NCBI GenBank assembly: GCA_052168235.1
Contig: JBQLZK010000019.1
Span: 33,955 to 97,954 of the forward strand
DNA from: Thainema sp.
GTDB taxonomy: Bacteria > Cyanobacteriota > Cyanobacteriia > Phormidesmidales > Phormidesmidaceae
Direction of reading: 5' to 3'
Length of the DNA: 64,000 bases
Part shown: positions 49,568-59,016 of the stretch, piece after piece
Position numbering within the stretch: position 1 is the stretch's first letter
How the letters are laid out: each line of letters starts with the position of its first letter
Program-made: the position numbers and the translations under genes
Notes under the pieces: model-generated
Told to the model about the DNA's origin: nothing
The model's input: only the letters and a program-made list of their open reading frames with translations
Databases searched by the model: none

Positions 49568-50293
49568 CTATTCAGCTTTTGGACTGATCAGCAGAAAACC
49601 GCGCGTTTGGCCGGAGACGGAATCGACGGTATTGGTTGCGGCCCAGAGAGCTTCGGCGCTGACCCAGACGGGCGGATATTTGTAGCGAGATACGTCGAGG
49701 ACTAAGAACTGGTCGGTGTCGGCATCGTAGGCGGCAATGGGTGAGATGTGGCCGCCGCGTTCTTGTTCGATGGCGCTGCGCAGGTAGTTGATCACGACAA
49801 AGTTGCCGGGTTCGGTGAGGTTGGCGGCGATCAGGTCGCGAAACTGGTCGGGTGTGACATCGGCACCGTGATAAATTTCGGCCTCGACTGGATAGCTCTC
49901 GAAGATGCCTGCGAGTTCAGCGAGGGTGAGTCCTTGGCGCTCAATTAGGGAACGGGGAATGATGGCTTCGGTCTGTTCGTTGAACAGGTTGTCTTGGGTG
50001 AAGTAGTTGCGTTCCCATTCTGCGGCGAGGGGGGCGGGAATTTGCATGGCGTTTAAGACCATTGCTGTGGTGGCGATGCCGCAAAATGCCTGATTATCTT
50101 GGGTGGTGAACTGGGTAGCGAGAGGGATGTAATCAGCGAGGGCTTCGCTATTCATCAACAGGGCTTGACCGTCAGGCGAGGTGAGTGAGGTGAGCTGTTC
50201 GGCCAGGGGCAGGGTTTGGGCGGTGGTCTGTTTGACGGTGCTGAGGGTGCCCAGCAGGGCAAACGACATGAGGGGCAACCAGAATTTACGCAT
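49568..50293 (-). CDS. Phytochelatin synthase family protein with signal peptide
   Basis: Catalytic triad motifs QDNQAFCG, GGHISP, LDVSRYKYPP. Confidence 0.9.
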   Translation of the reverse strand: MRKFWLPLMSFALLGTLSTVKQTTAQTLPLAEQLTSLTSPDGQALLMNSEALADYIPLATQFTTQDNQAFCGIATTAMVLNAMQIPAPLAAEWERNYFTQDNLFNEQTEAIIPRSLIERQGLTLAELAGIFESYPVEAEIYHGADVTPDQFRDLIAANLTEPGNFVVINYLRSAIEQERGGHISPIAAYDADTDQFLVLDVSRYKYPPVWVSAEALWAATNTVDSVSGQTRGFLLISPKAE

Positions 50294-50386
50294 GATGTCC
50301 AGCTCCTTGCAACCAGCAGCTTTTATTATGCCTGAATTGATGGGTTTGAGAGCTGTGGTTGAGGGGTTGGGTGGGGGAGTGCCAGA

Positions 50387-52870
50387 TTAGGGTGCGGGGG
50401 GTTGGAATTGGAGTTGGGCGAGGAGTTGTTGGGTGAGGGGATGATCAGAGAGGGTGTTGGCTTGGTTTGCGGCGAGGGCTTGTTGGAGGCAATAAATAAA
50501 GTTGCTCCGCACCGTTCGTGTATTGGGATGGGTTTCACCAAGAACCTGCAACAAAATTCTCAGAGCTTCGGCATATAGCGGTTCGGCCTCGCTGTATTGC
50601 CCTTGAGAATAATAGAGCCCTGCCAGATTATTCAGGCTGGTAGCAACATCGGGATGCTCCTCACCTAAGAGTTGCTTCCTTAAAGTCAACGCCTGTTGAT
50701 AAAGCGGTTCGGCCTCGCTGTATTGCCCTTGAGAATAATAGAGCCCTGCCAGATTATTCAGGCTGGTAGCAACATTGGGATGCTCCTTGCCTAAGAGTTG
50801 CTTCCTCAAAGCCAACGCCTGTTGATAAAGCGGCTCGGCCTCGCTGTATCGCCCTTGATCACGATAGAGTACGGCTAGATTATTCAAACTCGTGGCAACA
50901 TAAGGATGCTCCTCCCCCAATAAGCGCTTATCCATCTCCAGCGCTTGGACATAAAGCGGTTCCGCTTCGCTATATCGACCTTGATCACAATAGAGTCCGG
51001 CCAGACTACCCAAACTCGTGGCAATATCTGGATGCTCTTCCCCCAATAGGCACTTCCTTAGCTCCAGCGCTTCAACGTACAGCGGTTCCGCTTCGCTATA
51101 TCGGCCCTGTGCGCTATAGAGTCTGGCCAGATTATTCAAACTCGTGGCGATATAAGGATGCTCCTCCCCTAATAAGCGCTTATGCATCTCCAGCGCTTGA
51201 ACATACAGCGGTTTCGCTTCGCTATATCGACTTTGCGCATGATAGAGTTCGGCCAGATTATTCAAACTCGTGGCGATATAAGGATGCTCCTCCCCTAATA
51301 AGCGCTTATGCATCTCCAGCGCTTGAACATACAGCGGTTTCGCTTCGCTATATCGACCTTGCGCATGATAGAGTCCGGCCAGACTACCCAAACTCGTGGC
51401 AATATCTGGATGCTGCTCGCCCAGTAACTGTTTTCTCATAGCTAAGGCTTGGACATACAGCGGCTCCGCTTCACTATATCGACCTTGCACACGATAGAGT
51501 CCGGCCAGATTGTTCAAACTGGTGGCAATATAAAGATTCTCTTCTCCCAAGCGATCGCGAGTTACGGCCACACATTTTTCATACCAAGGTTCTGCTTGTG
51601 TATAAAGTCCTTGTCCTCCGTAAAAACAGCCCAAACCAGTAAACGGCCGAGCCAATTCATCATCCGCAACCTGAGCAATCCAATGCGTTGCTGACTCCTC
51701 TACATGAGGTACCATCTCACTCCAAGCCAAAATTTGAGCTTGCGTCGGTGCCCAGCCAATCTCTTTCGCCGCTGCTACCATCCCGTGACAATAAGCCCCA
51801 ATCAATGCTGAATCTTCCGGCAACTTCGTCCGAATAAACCGCTGAATCAACTGATGATACTGATATCGCCCCGTCTCCACTCGCTTCAGCAAACTCAACC
51901 GCACCAGTTCATCATCCCGCCAATCCTCCAACTCCTCCGCGTCAGCCTCCGGCAAACACGCCTCCACTCGCTCCCACGGAATCGGAGCCAGCGCAAAACA
52001 GCTCAGCAAACAGGCCAACTCCTGCGCCTCCTCACTCAGCTCCTGCCAACTCAACTCAAATGCACTAGCCACACCCAAATTGGCTGTCATCCCCTCTTCA
52101 GTTTGCTTCAGCGCCCGCGCCTGTAACTCCTGCTCCTCCAGCCTGCACCGCAACTCCGCCAGCGACAGATCCGGCTTCCGCGCCAAAAATCGCCCCACCA
52201 ACTCCAACCCCAGCGGCAAATCACCCAGCCACTCACACAGCGCATCCGCCGTTTCTGGTTCCGCATCAATTCGCTCCGCCTCCGCCAACTGCCGCAACAG
52301 ATCCAGCGCATCCGCCCGCGCCAACACCCCAATCGGCAACTTCGCAATCCGCGACCCCAACTCCACCCGCGTCGTCATCAACACCGTAAACCGATCATCA
52401 CGCGGCAAATACGGCTCCACCTGTCGATAATCCGTCACATCATCCAGCACCACCAGCACCAACTCTGGTTTCTGTGCCGCCGGATCAAACCTCGGCCACT
52501 GTCGCCAACAAAACGCCACCTGACCCACCACATCCAAATCCTCCGGCGGATTCAGCCCCAGATAGCTCTTGCCAAACGTAATCATCTGCGTGCCAATATC
52601 TGCATCACCCTCCGTTCCCCGCGCCGACAGCCAGCACACCCCGCCCGGAAACGTTTCGTGCCAATAGCGCTGGGCATACTGAACTGCCAGTTCCGTCTTG
52701 CCCACGCCACCCATCCCCGTCACGGCAGTGATCACAATCCGGTTTTCCTGCTGCAACTGCTCATCCAGCCGCACCAAATCCTGGTCACGACCGACAAAGC
52801 TGTTCGTGCCCAAGAACGGAATATTACTGGGAGGCGTTATCTTCGTCCGTGCCTGGTCAGACGGCTCCAG
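50387..52870 (-). CDS. NB-ARC + TPR STAND protein (bacterial NLR); start unresolved
   Basis: PSNIP..FVGR, Walker A GMGGVGKT, Walker B VVLDDV, TTR, GDLPLGL, and nine 42-aa TPRs. The frame is open up to the TGA at 52871-52873; the ORF track start is a TTG at 52813. Confidence 0.88.
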   Translation of the reverse strand: MEPSDQARTKITPPSNIPFLGTNSFVGRDQDLVRLDEQLQQENRIVITAVTGMGGVGKTELAVQYAQRYWHETFPGGVCWLSARGTEGDADIGTQMITFGKSYLGLNPPEDLDVVGQVAFCWRQWPRFDPAAQKPELVLVVLDDVTDYRQVEPYLPRDDRFTVLMTTRVELGSRIAKLPIGVLARADALDLLRQLAEAERIDAEPETADALCEWLGDLPLGLELVGRFLARKPDLSLAELRCRLEEQELQARALKQTEEGMTANLGVASAFELSWQELSEEAQELACLLSCFALAPIPWERVEACLPEADAEELEDWRDDELVRLSLLKRVETGRYQYHQLIQRFIRTKLPEDSALIGAYCHGMVAAAKEIGWAPTQAQILAWSEMVPHVEESATHWIAQVADDELARPFTGLGCFYGGQGLYTQAEPWYEKCVAVTRDRLGEENLYIATSLNNLAGLYRVQGRYSEAEPLYVQALAMRKQLLGEQHPDIATSLGSLAGLYHAQGRYSEAKPLYVQALEMHKRLLGEEHPYIATSLNNLAELYHAQSRYSEAKPLYVQALEMHKRLLGEEHPYIATSLNNLARLYSAQGRYSEAEPLYVEALELRKCLLGEEHPDIATSLGSLAGLYCDQGRYSEAEPLYVQALEMDKRLLGEEHPYVATSLNNLAVLYRDQGRYSEAEPLYQQALALRKQLLGKEHPNVATSLNNLAGLYYSQGQYSEAEPLYQQALTLRKQLLGEEHPDVATSLNNLAGLYYSQGQYSEAEPLYAEALRILLQVLGETHPNTRTVRSNFIYCLQQALAANQANTLSDHPLTQQLLAQLQFQPPAP
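50510..51645 (-). repeat. Tandem 126-bp TPR-coding repeats (about 9 units)
   Basis: Repeated LNNLA.LY..QGRYSEAEPLY.QAL...K.LLGEEHP..ATS, with near-identical adjacent DNA units. Confidence 0.9.
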
Positions 52871-53326
52871 TCAATTGTTGTAGGTAATATTAATCGTGCC
52901 GCCGCTCACACCTTGAATCACAGGCGCATTCGGATTATTGATCTGAACAGCCGACCCACCATAAACGTTCATCACGTTTTCGCCCAGGATCTCACCAATA
53001 TTGATTTCCTGGTTGATTTCGTGGGCAAGCTGCTGAATCTCTTTCGCAAAAACCTGATCCTGCTGCATGGCTGCTTCTAGTTTTGGCACCAGGATATTGT
53101 TAATCTGAGCGTCTGAAACCTTTTGGCCAGATTCAACAGTCTTCTTAAGTTCTTCTACATCAGAATGACCGCTCAGCTTTTGCCAAATCTTCTTGCGCAG
53201 TGCGTTCATCTTCTCTAGCACCGCTGGAGTTAGCTTCTCTGCTGCATGTTCAGCGCTTGATTCTAAGAATTTTGCGAGTGCCAAAGCTGCGATCGCACCT
53301 ACGGTCAGCGTCACCGGATCTGCCAT
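52871..53326 (-). CDS. Small helical protein (Bell/HeLo-like effector candidate) with a C-terminal G/N/Q/V/I-rich motif
   Basis: Hydrophobic N-helix MADPVTLTVGAIAALALAKF, helical body, tail NVMNVYGGSAVQINNPNAPVIQGVSGGTINITYNN. Confidence 0.75.
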   Translation of the reverse strand: MADPVTLTVGAIAALALAKFLESSAEHAAEKLTPAVLEKMNALRKKIWQKLSGHSDVEELKKTVESGQKVSDAQINNILVPKLEAAMQQDQVFAKEIQQLAHEINQEINIGEILGENVMNVYGGSAVQINNPNAPVIQGVSGGTINITYNN

Positions 53327-53441
53327 GAGCGTGGAATGATAAAGGACTTCTCCCCTGTTATGACATGAGTTTCAGGGTGCGACAACATTCTGTTTAGGAT
53401 TTTGCACATTTGCCCTCACCCTAAATCCCTCTCCCACAGGA

Positions 53442-53606
53442 GCTACTGTTTATACATACATCTCTTAGACTTCGTTTCGACGTTGAGATCCCCCCTAGCC
53501 CCCCTTAAAAAAGGGGGAACCTGCTCCAAGTCCCCCTTTTTAAGGGGGATTTAGGGGGATCAGTCCGGGATTTAGAAGGACTATTCAGATGTGTATAAGC
53601 AGTAGC
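53442..53606. mobile_element. MITE (165 bp), same family as 43199-43339, opposite orientation
   Basis: TIRs GCTACTGTTTATACA / TGTATAAGCAGTAGC; CCACAGGA duplicated at 53434-53441 and 53607-53614; internal CCCCCTT..AAGGGGG hairpins. Confidence 0.8.
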
Positions 53607-53931
53607 CCACAGGAGAGGGACTTTGAGCAGGTTTCCATTTCCGGTTCCTCTTCTCCTGCGGAAAAAGGGACTGGGGGATGTAGACGCAATAGCGGCTTCT
53701 CGAAGAGTGGGCCAACGAGATGGGATGGAAGAGATGGAATAGGAGAGGTGCGATCGCAACTATAAAACAACGTTTTAAGACACCACCGACAGCACAATTC
53801 CAGTAACGCCTTCATTTCTCAGCCAAATAACTATTTCGTTATTTGGCTATTTAACGTTATAAAGGATTTGTTGCTTCGACGGACAGTTCATTCCGTCTCC
53901 ACCCTTTCAACCCCATCTAGGATTTCGAGAT

Positions 53932-55524
53932 ATGTATCACTTCCATGCTGTTATGGATGCCTCCTCTGATCAGGCGATCGCTGTTGTGGTGCAAGAGCAT
54001 AGCGATGGGCAGGTCGATCAAGGAGCTGCTGCTGCAGAACTGGTTTCGGCGCTAATGCTTGCTGACAGCTCTAATATCCCTTCGGTTGAGCAACTGAGCG
54101 ATGTCCAACCAACTGACTGGGCCTTTCAGGCTTTGCAGAATTTGATAGAGAAATACGGATGTCTCAACAGTTATCTTGATAACACCTTTCAGGGAGACCG
54201 CCCCCTCACGCGGTTTGAGTTTGCGGCGGGGCTCGACACCTGCCTAAGAGCCATAACCACCCAAATGGCAGACAATGCTGTCGCTGAAGCGGATTGGCAA
54301 GTTCTGCAACAGCTACAAACGGAGTTTGCCACTGAACTCACGTCCTTAGATAGACGGCTCACCTCGTTAGAAGCCCAGACCGCAGACCTTATGGCTCACA
54401 GCTTTGCCACCACGACCAAGTTGCGAGGAGAAGTCACGTTCTCTGTAGATCAACTCGTGGGGGACGATCAACCTAATGGCAGCGATTCTCCGCTGCCACA
54501 ATCCCTGGCCTTTGGCAGCCGAGCCCGCCTCAACCTAGATACCAGCTTTACGGGGCACGATTTGCTCCGGATTCGACTAGATGCGCTGAATCCCACCGTG
54601 TTGAATGCGCGAACGACGGGCACCAACATGACCCGCTTGGCCTTTGATCGCTCCAACCAAAACGATTTTGACATTGGCTCATTGTTCTATCGGTTTCCCG
54701 TGGGCGATGACCTGACGGTGCAGGTCGATGCGGCCAAAGGAACCTACAGCATGAACATCCTGCCCACCTTTAACCCCAGAATTTCCAGTGGAATTGCGGG
54801 GGCCGTGTCTCGGTTTGGGCGATTCAATCCCATCTATTACCAAGGCTTTCCTGGGGTAGGAGTGACGGGGCAATATGACTTTGGAGACAGCGTTTCCCTG
54901 GCAGTAGGCTATCTGTCACCAGACAATACGGCAAATGATCCCACAATTGGGCTGTTTGGGGGCGGTTATACGGCCTTAGCTCAGCTGGATGTTCATCCCA
55001 GCAATACCGTTGATTTGGGACTGACTTACGCTCATTCCTTCTATCCCCCAGGATCGGTGGCAGTGGCGGGCGGAACGGGCAGTTTGTTAGCCAATGCGCC
55101 CTTTGGCGACCTGGCTACTTCGGCAGATCATCTAGGTCTGGAGTCCAGTCTGCGTCTCGGATCTGAGGTGACTTTGTCGGGTTGGGCGGGATTGAGTTTT
55201 GCTACTGCCGAACACAGTAGTGGCGCGATCGCAACCGGAGATTCAGCCACCATATTCAACTGGGCCGTCAGCTTGGGCTTGGCCGATCTGGGTGGACGGG
55301 GCAACCTAGGCGGAATCATTGTGGGTCAACCCCCTAAAGTGACAGCCAATTCAGGTGGTGCTGTAGATGAAGCATCAGCTTGGCACCTAGAAGCTTTTTA
55401 TCGTTACCAATTGAACGAGCATGTCTCACTCATCCCAGGCTGCTTTGTTGTGCTGAACCCTGAGCATGACAGCGCCAACGACACCATCTGGGTGGGAAGT
55501 TTGCGCACCGTCTTTCAGTTCTAA
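53932..55524 (+). CDS. Cyanobacterial SLH-domain porin (iron-uptake/OprB-type)
   Basis: SVEQLSDVQPTDWAFQALQNLIEKYGC, TRFEFAAGL, TTTKLRGEV, LNLDTSFTG, LRTVFQF. Confidence 0.92.
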   Translation: MYHFHAVMDASSDQAIAVVVQEHSDGQVDQGAAAAELVSALMLADSSNIPSVEQLSDVQPTDWAFQALQNLIEKYGCLNSYLDNTFQGDRPLTRFEFAAGLDTCLRAITTQMADNAVAEADWQVLQQLQTEFATELTSLDRRLTSLEAQTADLMAHSFATTTKLRGEVTFSVDQLVGDDQPNGSDSPLPQSLAFGSRARLNLDTSFTGHDLLRIRLDALNPTVLNARTTGTNMTRLAFDRSNQNDFDIGSLFYRFPVGDDLTVQVDAAKGTYSMNILPTFNPRISSGIAGAVSRFGRFNPIYYQGFPGVGVTGQYDFGDSVSLAVGYLSPDNTANDPTIGLFGGGYTALAQLDVHPSNTVDLGLTYAHSFYPPGSVAVAGGTGSLLANAPFGDLATSADHLGLESSLRLGSEVTLSGWAGLSFATAEHSSGAIATGDSATIFNWAVSLGLADLGGRGNLGGIIVGQPPKVTANSGGAVDEASAWHLEAFYRYQLNEHVSLIPGCFVVLNPEHDSANDTIWVGSLRTVFQF

Positions 55525-55598
55525 CCCCGTCTAACCCGATACGAACTGCTGTCCAGGAATAGACAACGTGCGATCGCAGTTCGCAACTCACATCTGGT

Positions 55599-55841
55599 TC
55601 AGCTTCCCGAACCAATTACGTCATACAAACGGCTCAGTTCTTCTGCCAGCGTATTATTGGGCATGGCGGTTCCCGCCTGTCGATACCAGTACCTCGCATT
55701 GCTCAAATCGCCCTCCACACGGTGCAAGTAGGCATGAATCAAGCAGGAGTAGTGATCATAATGGGGCTGCACGATGTCATGGGCAGCATCCCACTGACCG
55801 TCTCGCGCCAAATCAAGTGCTTTGATGTGGTTACACGCCAT
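55599..55841 (-). CDS. Small conserved hypothetical protein
   Basis: Family-like motif WDAAHDIVQ...IHAYLHRVEGDLSNARYWY. Confidence 0.8.
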   Translation of the reverse strand: MACNHIKALDLARDGQWDAAHDIVQPHYDHYSCLIHAYLHRVEGDLSNARYWYRQAGTAMPNNTLAEELSRLYDVIGSGS

Positions 55842-56016
55842 GTTCAGTTCCCGCTATGCAACAGAGAGTCTATTCACATCTTGCCCTAAAACCGAGAAGT
55901 CGTGATTTCGCTGCGCAATGTGGCGATAAATGCGGCGATAAAATGCGCGATTCTGGGTTTAGGCTAAGGAAAGAACGTGCGATCGCACATTAGCCCCTTC
56001 ATCTACGTTAATCCTT

Positions 56017-57273
56017 ATGCTCGTTTTCTTCTGCACTCTGCTGCTCTTGCTCCAACTCCATCCGCCATTTCAGCTAGGTCTGCTACCAACCTCGCTATCG
56101 AATACGGCATCGAATACAGTTGCACCGATCCAAATCGCTCAAGCCCCTATGATTACTCCTCAGCAAGCCTTAGAACGGCTCTTTATTAACCCCGAAATCC
56201 AAGCTGATTGGTTCGCTCCAGCCTTTCTACAGCAGGTTTCTGCCACGCAGATTCAGAGTATAATTGACCAAATTACGCAGAACTTGGGTGAGTACCAGAG
56301 CGTTGCTGAAACCGAAGCTGGCTTTGAAGTGCGGTTCGAGCAGGGCACTGTTCCGGCTCAAATTCGACTCGATGGCAATGGTCAAATCACAACCCTCTTT
56401 TTCCAGCCAGCCGTTACCCCCATCAGCCCAGAGGATGCGGCTTCTGCGATTCGAGAGGCTCCCTATCCGGCTAGCTTACTGATTATCAAAAATGGTGAAG
56501 CGCAGGCCAATGTCAATGCCGATCAGCCCTTAGCGGTTGGATCAGCGTTCAAGCTAGCGGTGCTGGCTGCCCTCCAGGAGCAAGTTCAAACTGGTGAGCT
56601 GGCCTGGGATACTGTCGTTGAGCTACAGCCAGAGTGGAAGAGTTTGCCCAGTGGAATACTGCAAGATTGGCCTGTTGGATCTGCTCTGACAATTGAGACG
56701 CTGGCAACGCTGATGATTTCGATTAGCGACAACTCAGCAACCGACGCACTGATCAACATTGTGGGACGCGAAAACATTGAAGCGCTGACTCCTCGTAATC
56801 AGCCTTTCCTGACGACGCGGGAGTTCTTTGCGCTCAAGAATCCGACCAATGCCGCGTGGCTGGAACGCTATCGCCAAGGAGACTTAGAGGCAAAGCGGCA
56901 GGTTTTGACAGAAGTTCCCGACTTACCGCTACCTAGCGAAAGTGTATTTGCTGGAGCACCCGTGAGTCCCGATGTAGAGTGGTTTTTCACGAGTCAGGAA
57001 CTATGCCAACTAATTGAGCAGGTCGCTCCCCTCTCGGCCCTGCGCGTCAATCCGGGTGTTGCCAATCCCGCCGACTGGCAACAGGTGGCCTTCAAAGGTG
57101 GGTCGGAACCGGGAGTGCTCAATCTAACGACCTGGCTCAAGGATGAAGCTGGCAATACCTACTGCGTGACCACGACCTGGAACAACCCAGATCAGGCACT
57201 TGACGAGACGGCTTTGTCGCAATTTCATCAAAGCGCGATCGCAGGTCTCAAATCCAATCACTCTATGCTCTGA
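56017..57273 (+). CDS. Exported serine hydrolase, class A beta-lactamase-like with an extra N-terminal domain
   Basis: SxxK (GSAFK), SDN (ISDNSATD), KGG (FKGGSEPG). Confidence 0.87.
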   Translation: MLVFFCTLLLLLQLHPPFQLGLLPTSLSNTASNTVAPIQIAQAPMITPQQALERLFINPEIQADWFAPAFLQQVSATQIQSIIDQITQNLGEYQSVAETEAGFEVRFEQGTVPAQIRLDGNGQITTLFFQPAVTPISPEDAASAIREAPYPASLLIIKNGEAQANVNADQPLAVGSAFKLAVLAALQEQVQTGELAWDTVVELQPEWKSLPSGILQDWPVGSALTIETLATLMISISDNSATDALINIVGRENIEALTPRNQPFLTTREFFALKNPTNAAWLERYRQGDLEAKRQVLTEVPDLPLPSESVFAGAPVSPDVEWFFTSQELCQLIEQVAPLSALRVNPGVANPADWQQVAFKGGSEPGVLNLTTWLKDEAGNTYCVTTTWNNPDQALDETALSQFHQSAIAGLKSNHSML

Positions 57274-57299
57274 GCCATGATAGAGGGAAATCTGCTAAC

Positions 57300-57743
57300 C
57301 TACTCGTCAATTTTTGCGATCGCTTCTAACTGACAGCGATCGCAGACGCCATGTACAGTTACTTCGTAATTTTCAGCCTTTAGGCCAGGGCGCAATCGAT
57401 TTAGATCTATGTCCTGAAAGGTTTCCCAAGCAATATCTTCAATGGCACCACAGGACTGACAGCGGAAATGGTGATGCAAGTTGGTGTTTGCGTCATAGCG
57501 CGAGATGCCTTCTTCCAGCAGCACCTCGCGCACAAGGCCAACTTCCCGCATCGCTTGCAGAGCACTGTACACCGTTGCCTGAGAAGACATCGGGGCATCG
57601 CGGTTGAGGTCGCCCAGAATCTGCTCTGCCGTGGGGTGGTCGGTACGAGCCAGCAGATTAGCATAGACCGCAAATCGCTGCGGAGTGACCCGCAACCCTT
57701 TCGATTTCAAGATCTGGACAACGTCTTCTGCCTGCTGTTGCAT
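57300..57743 (-). CDS. perR: Fur-family peroxide regulator PerR
   Basis: GLRVTPQR, HPTAE, SQATVY, HHHFRC..C, C..C; divergent from a peroxiredoxin gene. Confidence 0.85.
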   Translation of the reverse strand: MQQQAEDVVQILKSKGLRVTPQRFAVYANLLARTDHPTAEQILGDLNRDAPMSSQATVYSALQAMREVGLVREVLLEEGISRYDANTNLHHHFRCQSCGAIEDIAWETFQDIDLNRLRPGLKAENYEVTVHGVCDRCQLEAIAKIDE

Positions 57744-57948
57744 CGTATCTATCCCCTCAAGCTCTTAAAGTCCAATTGAAGTCCAATATTCAAGGTCTTA
57801 CATCTAACCAGACAGCCCTAGACGGCTCATCTGTTCCAACAAATTTTCGATATATTACCTATGATTATAGCGTTCTAGTCTTAGAGTCTAGAAAATGTAT
57901 CAAAAATTTTAAGGACTAAGTGATTTTGACTATTTACTTATTCCTAAA

Positions 57949-57963
57949 TCAGAATTATTCTGA
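57949..57963. promoter_or_regulatory. Putative PerR operator
   Basis: Perfect 7-1-7 palindrome TCAGAAT-T-ATTCTGA in the perR/prx intergenic region. Confidence 0.7.
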
Positions 57964-58069
57964 GTTATAGTGGAAATGACCGACGATTTTAGCTCGCTTC
58001 TCTGGAAACACAGATGAAGTCACAGCCAAGAGTCGTTCGTCAAAGTAATCATTAGAGAAAGAGGTAAAT

Positions 58070-58642
58070 ATGGCAGCTATTGAGCGTGTACCTGACGTAG
58101 TATTCAAGACTCGCGTTCGTGATGAGTCCGTTCCTGGCCCCAACCCCTATCGTTGGCAGGACAAGACTACCCAAGAGATCTTTGGTGGCAAGAAAGTCAT
58201 TGTATTCTCTTTGCCTGGCGCATTCACGCCCACCTGCTCCTCCAACCACTTGCCTCGCTATGAAGAACTCTATGATGAGTTCAAGTCGCTGGGTGTAGAC
58301 GAAATCATTTGCATCTCTGTAAACGACGCATTTGTAATGTTCCAGTGGGGCAAGCAGCAGGGTGCGAAGAACGTCTTCTTGCTACCTGATGGCAACGGTG
58401 AGTTCACTCGCAAAATGGGTATGCTGGTTGACAAATCCAACCTGGGCTTCGGTATGCGGTCTTGGCGCTACTCCATGCTGGTAGACAACTGCGAAATCAA
58501 TAAGATCTTCGTTGAGCCTGACTTTGGCGACAACTGCCCCACCGACCCATTCGAGGTTTCTGACGCTGACACCATGCTGGCCTACATGAAGGGTGAGCAG
58601 CCTCAGGGTGTTTCCGAGCCTCGTGTTGCTTTCGTTGGCTAG
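58070..58642 (+). CDS. Type II (Prx5-like) peroxiredoxin
   Basis: [33 protein letters not shown]. Confidence 0.95.
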   Translation: MAAIERVPDVVFKTRVRDESVPGPNPYRWQDKTTQEIFGGKKVIVFSLPGAFTPTCSSNHLPRYEELYDEFKSLGVDEIICISVNDAFVMFQWGKQQGAKNVFLLPDGNGEFTRKMGMLVDKSNLGFGMRSWRYSMLVDNCEINKIFVEPDFGDNCPTDPFEVSDADTMLAYMKGEQPQGVSEPRVAFVG

Positions 58643-58735
58643 ATTGGTTGTTTGAGACCTTGCTGCACAAGGGATACAGGCAGTGATCTGTATTCCAAGT
58701 AAGCAAAGTAGTTGTGTGTTCAATGAATGAAATGG

Positions 58736-58763
58736 GGGAGCTTGGCGGTGCTAAGCTCCCTTT
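58736..58763 (+). terminator. Probable terminator after the peroxiredoxin gene
   Basis: GGGAGCTTGGC-ggt-GCTAAGCTCCC-TTT. Confidence 0.55.
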
Positions 58764-59016
58764 ACATATGAAAACTTAGCGCGAACCGCCTCGCTAGGTC
58801 TTTCGCCCCTCAGTTTTGGCTTTGTATAGGGCCTGATCTGCGATCGCAATGGTCGTTTCTAGCGCGATGCCCCCTTGCCATCAAGAAAGTGACGATTCAC
58901 TCATTGCCGCTGCCGGATTAGCCCACCACATTTGCAGTCGCTTCATATCGTAAATCCAAACAGGCTTCTGCTAACACTCATCTGTGGTTCTAGTATTCAC
59001 CACAAGCATGATTAAC

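Noticed and set aside
50510..51645. Regular repeats as a possible CRISPR array
   Set aside because: They are 126-bp in-frame coding TPR units with no unique spacers, and there are no cas genes.
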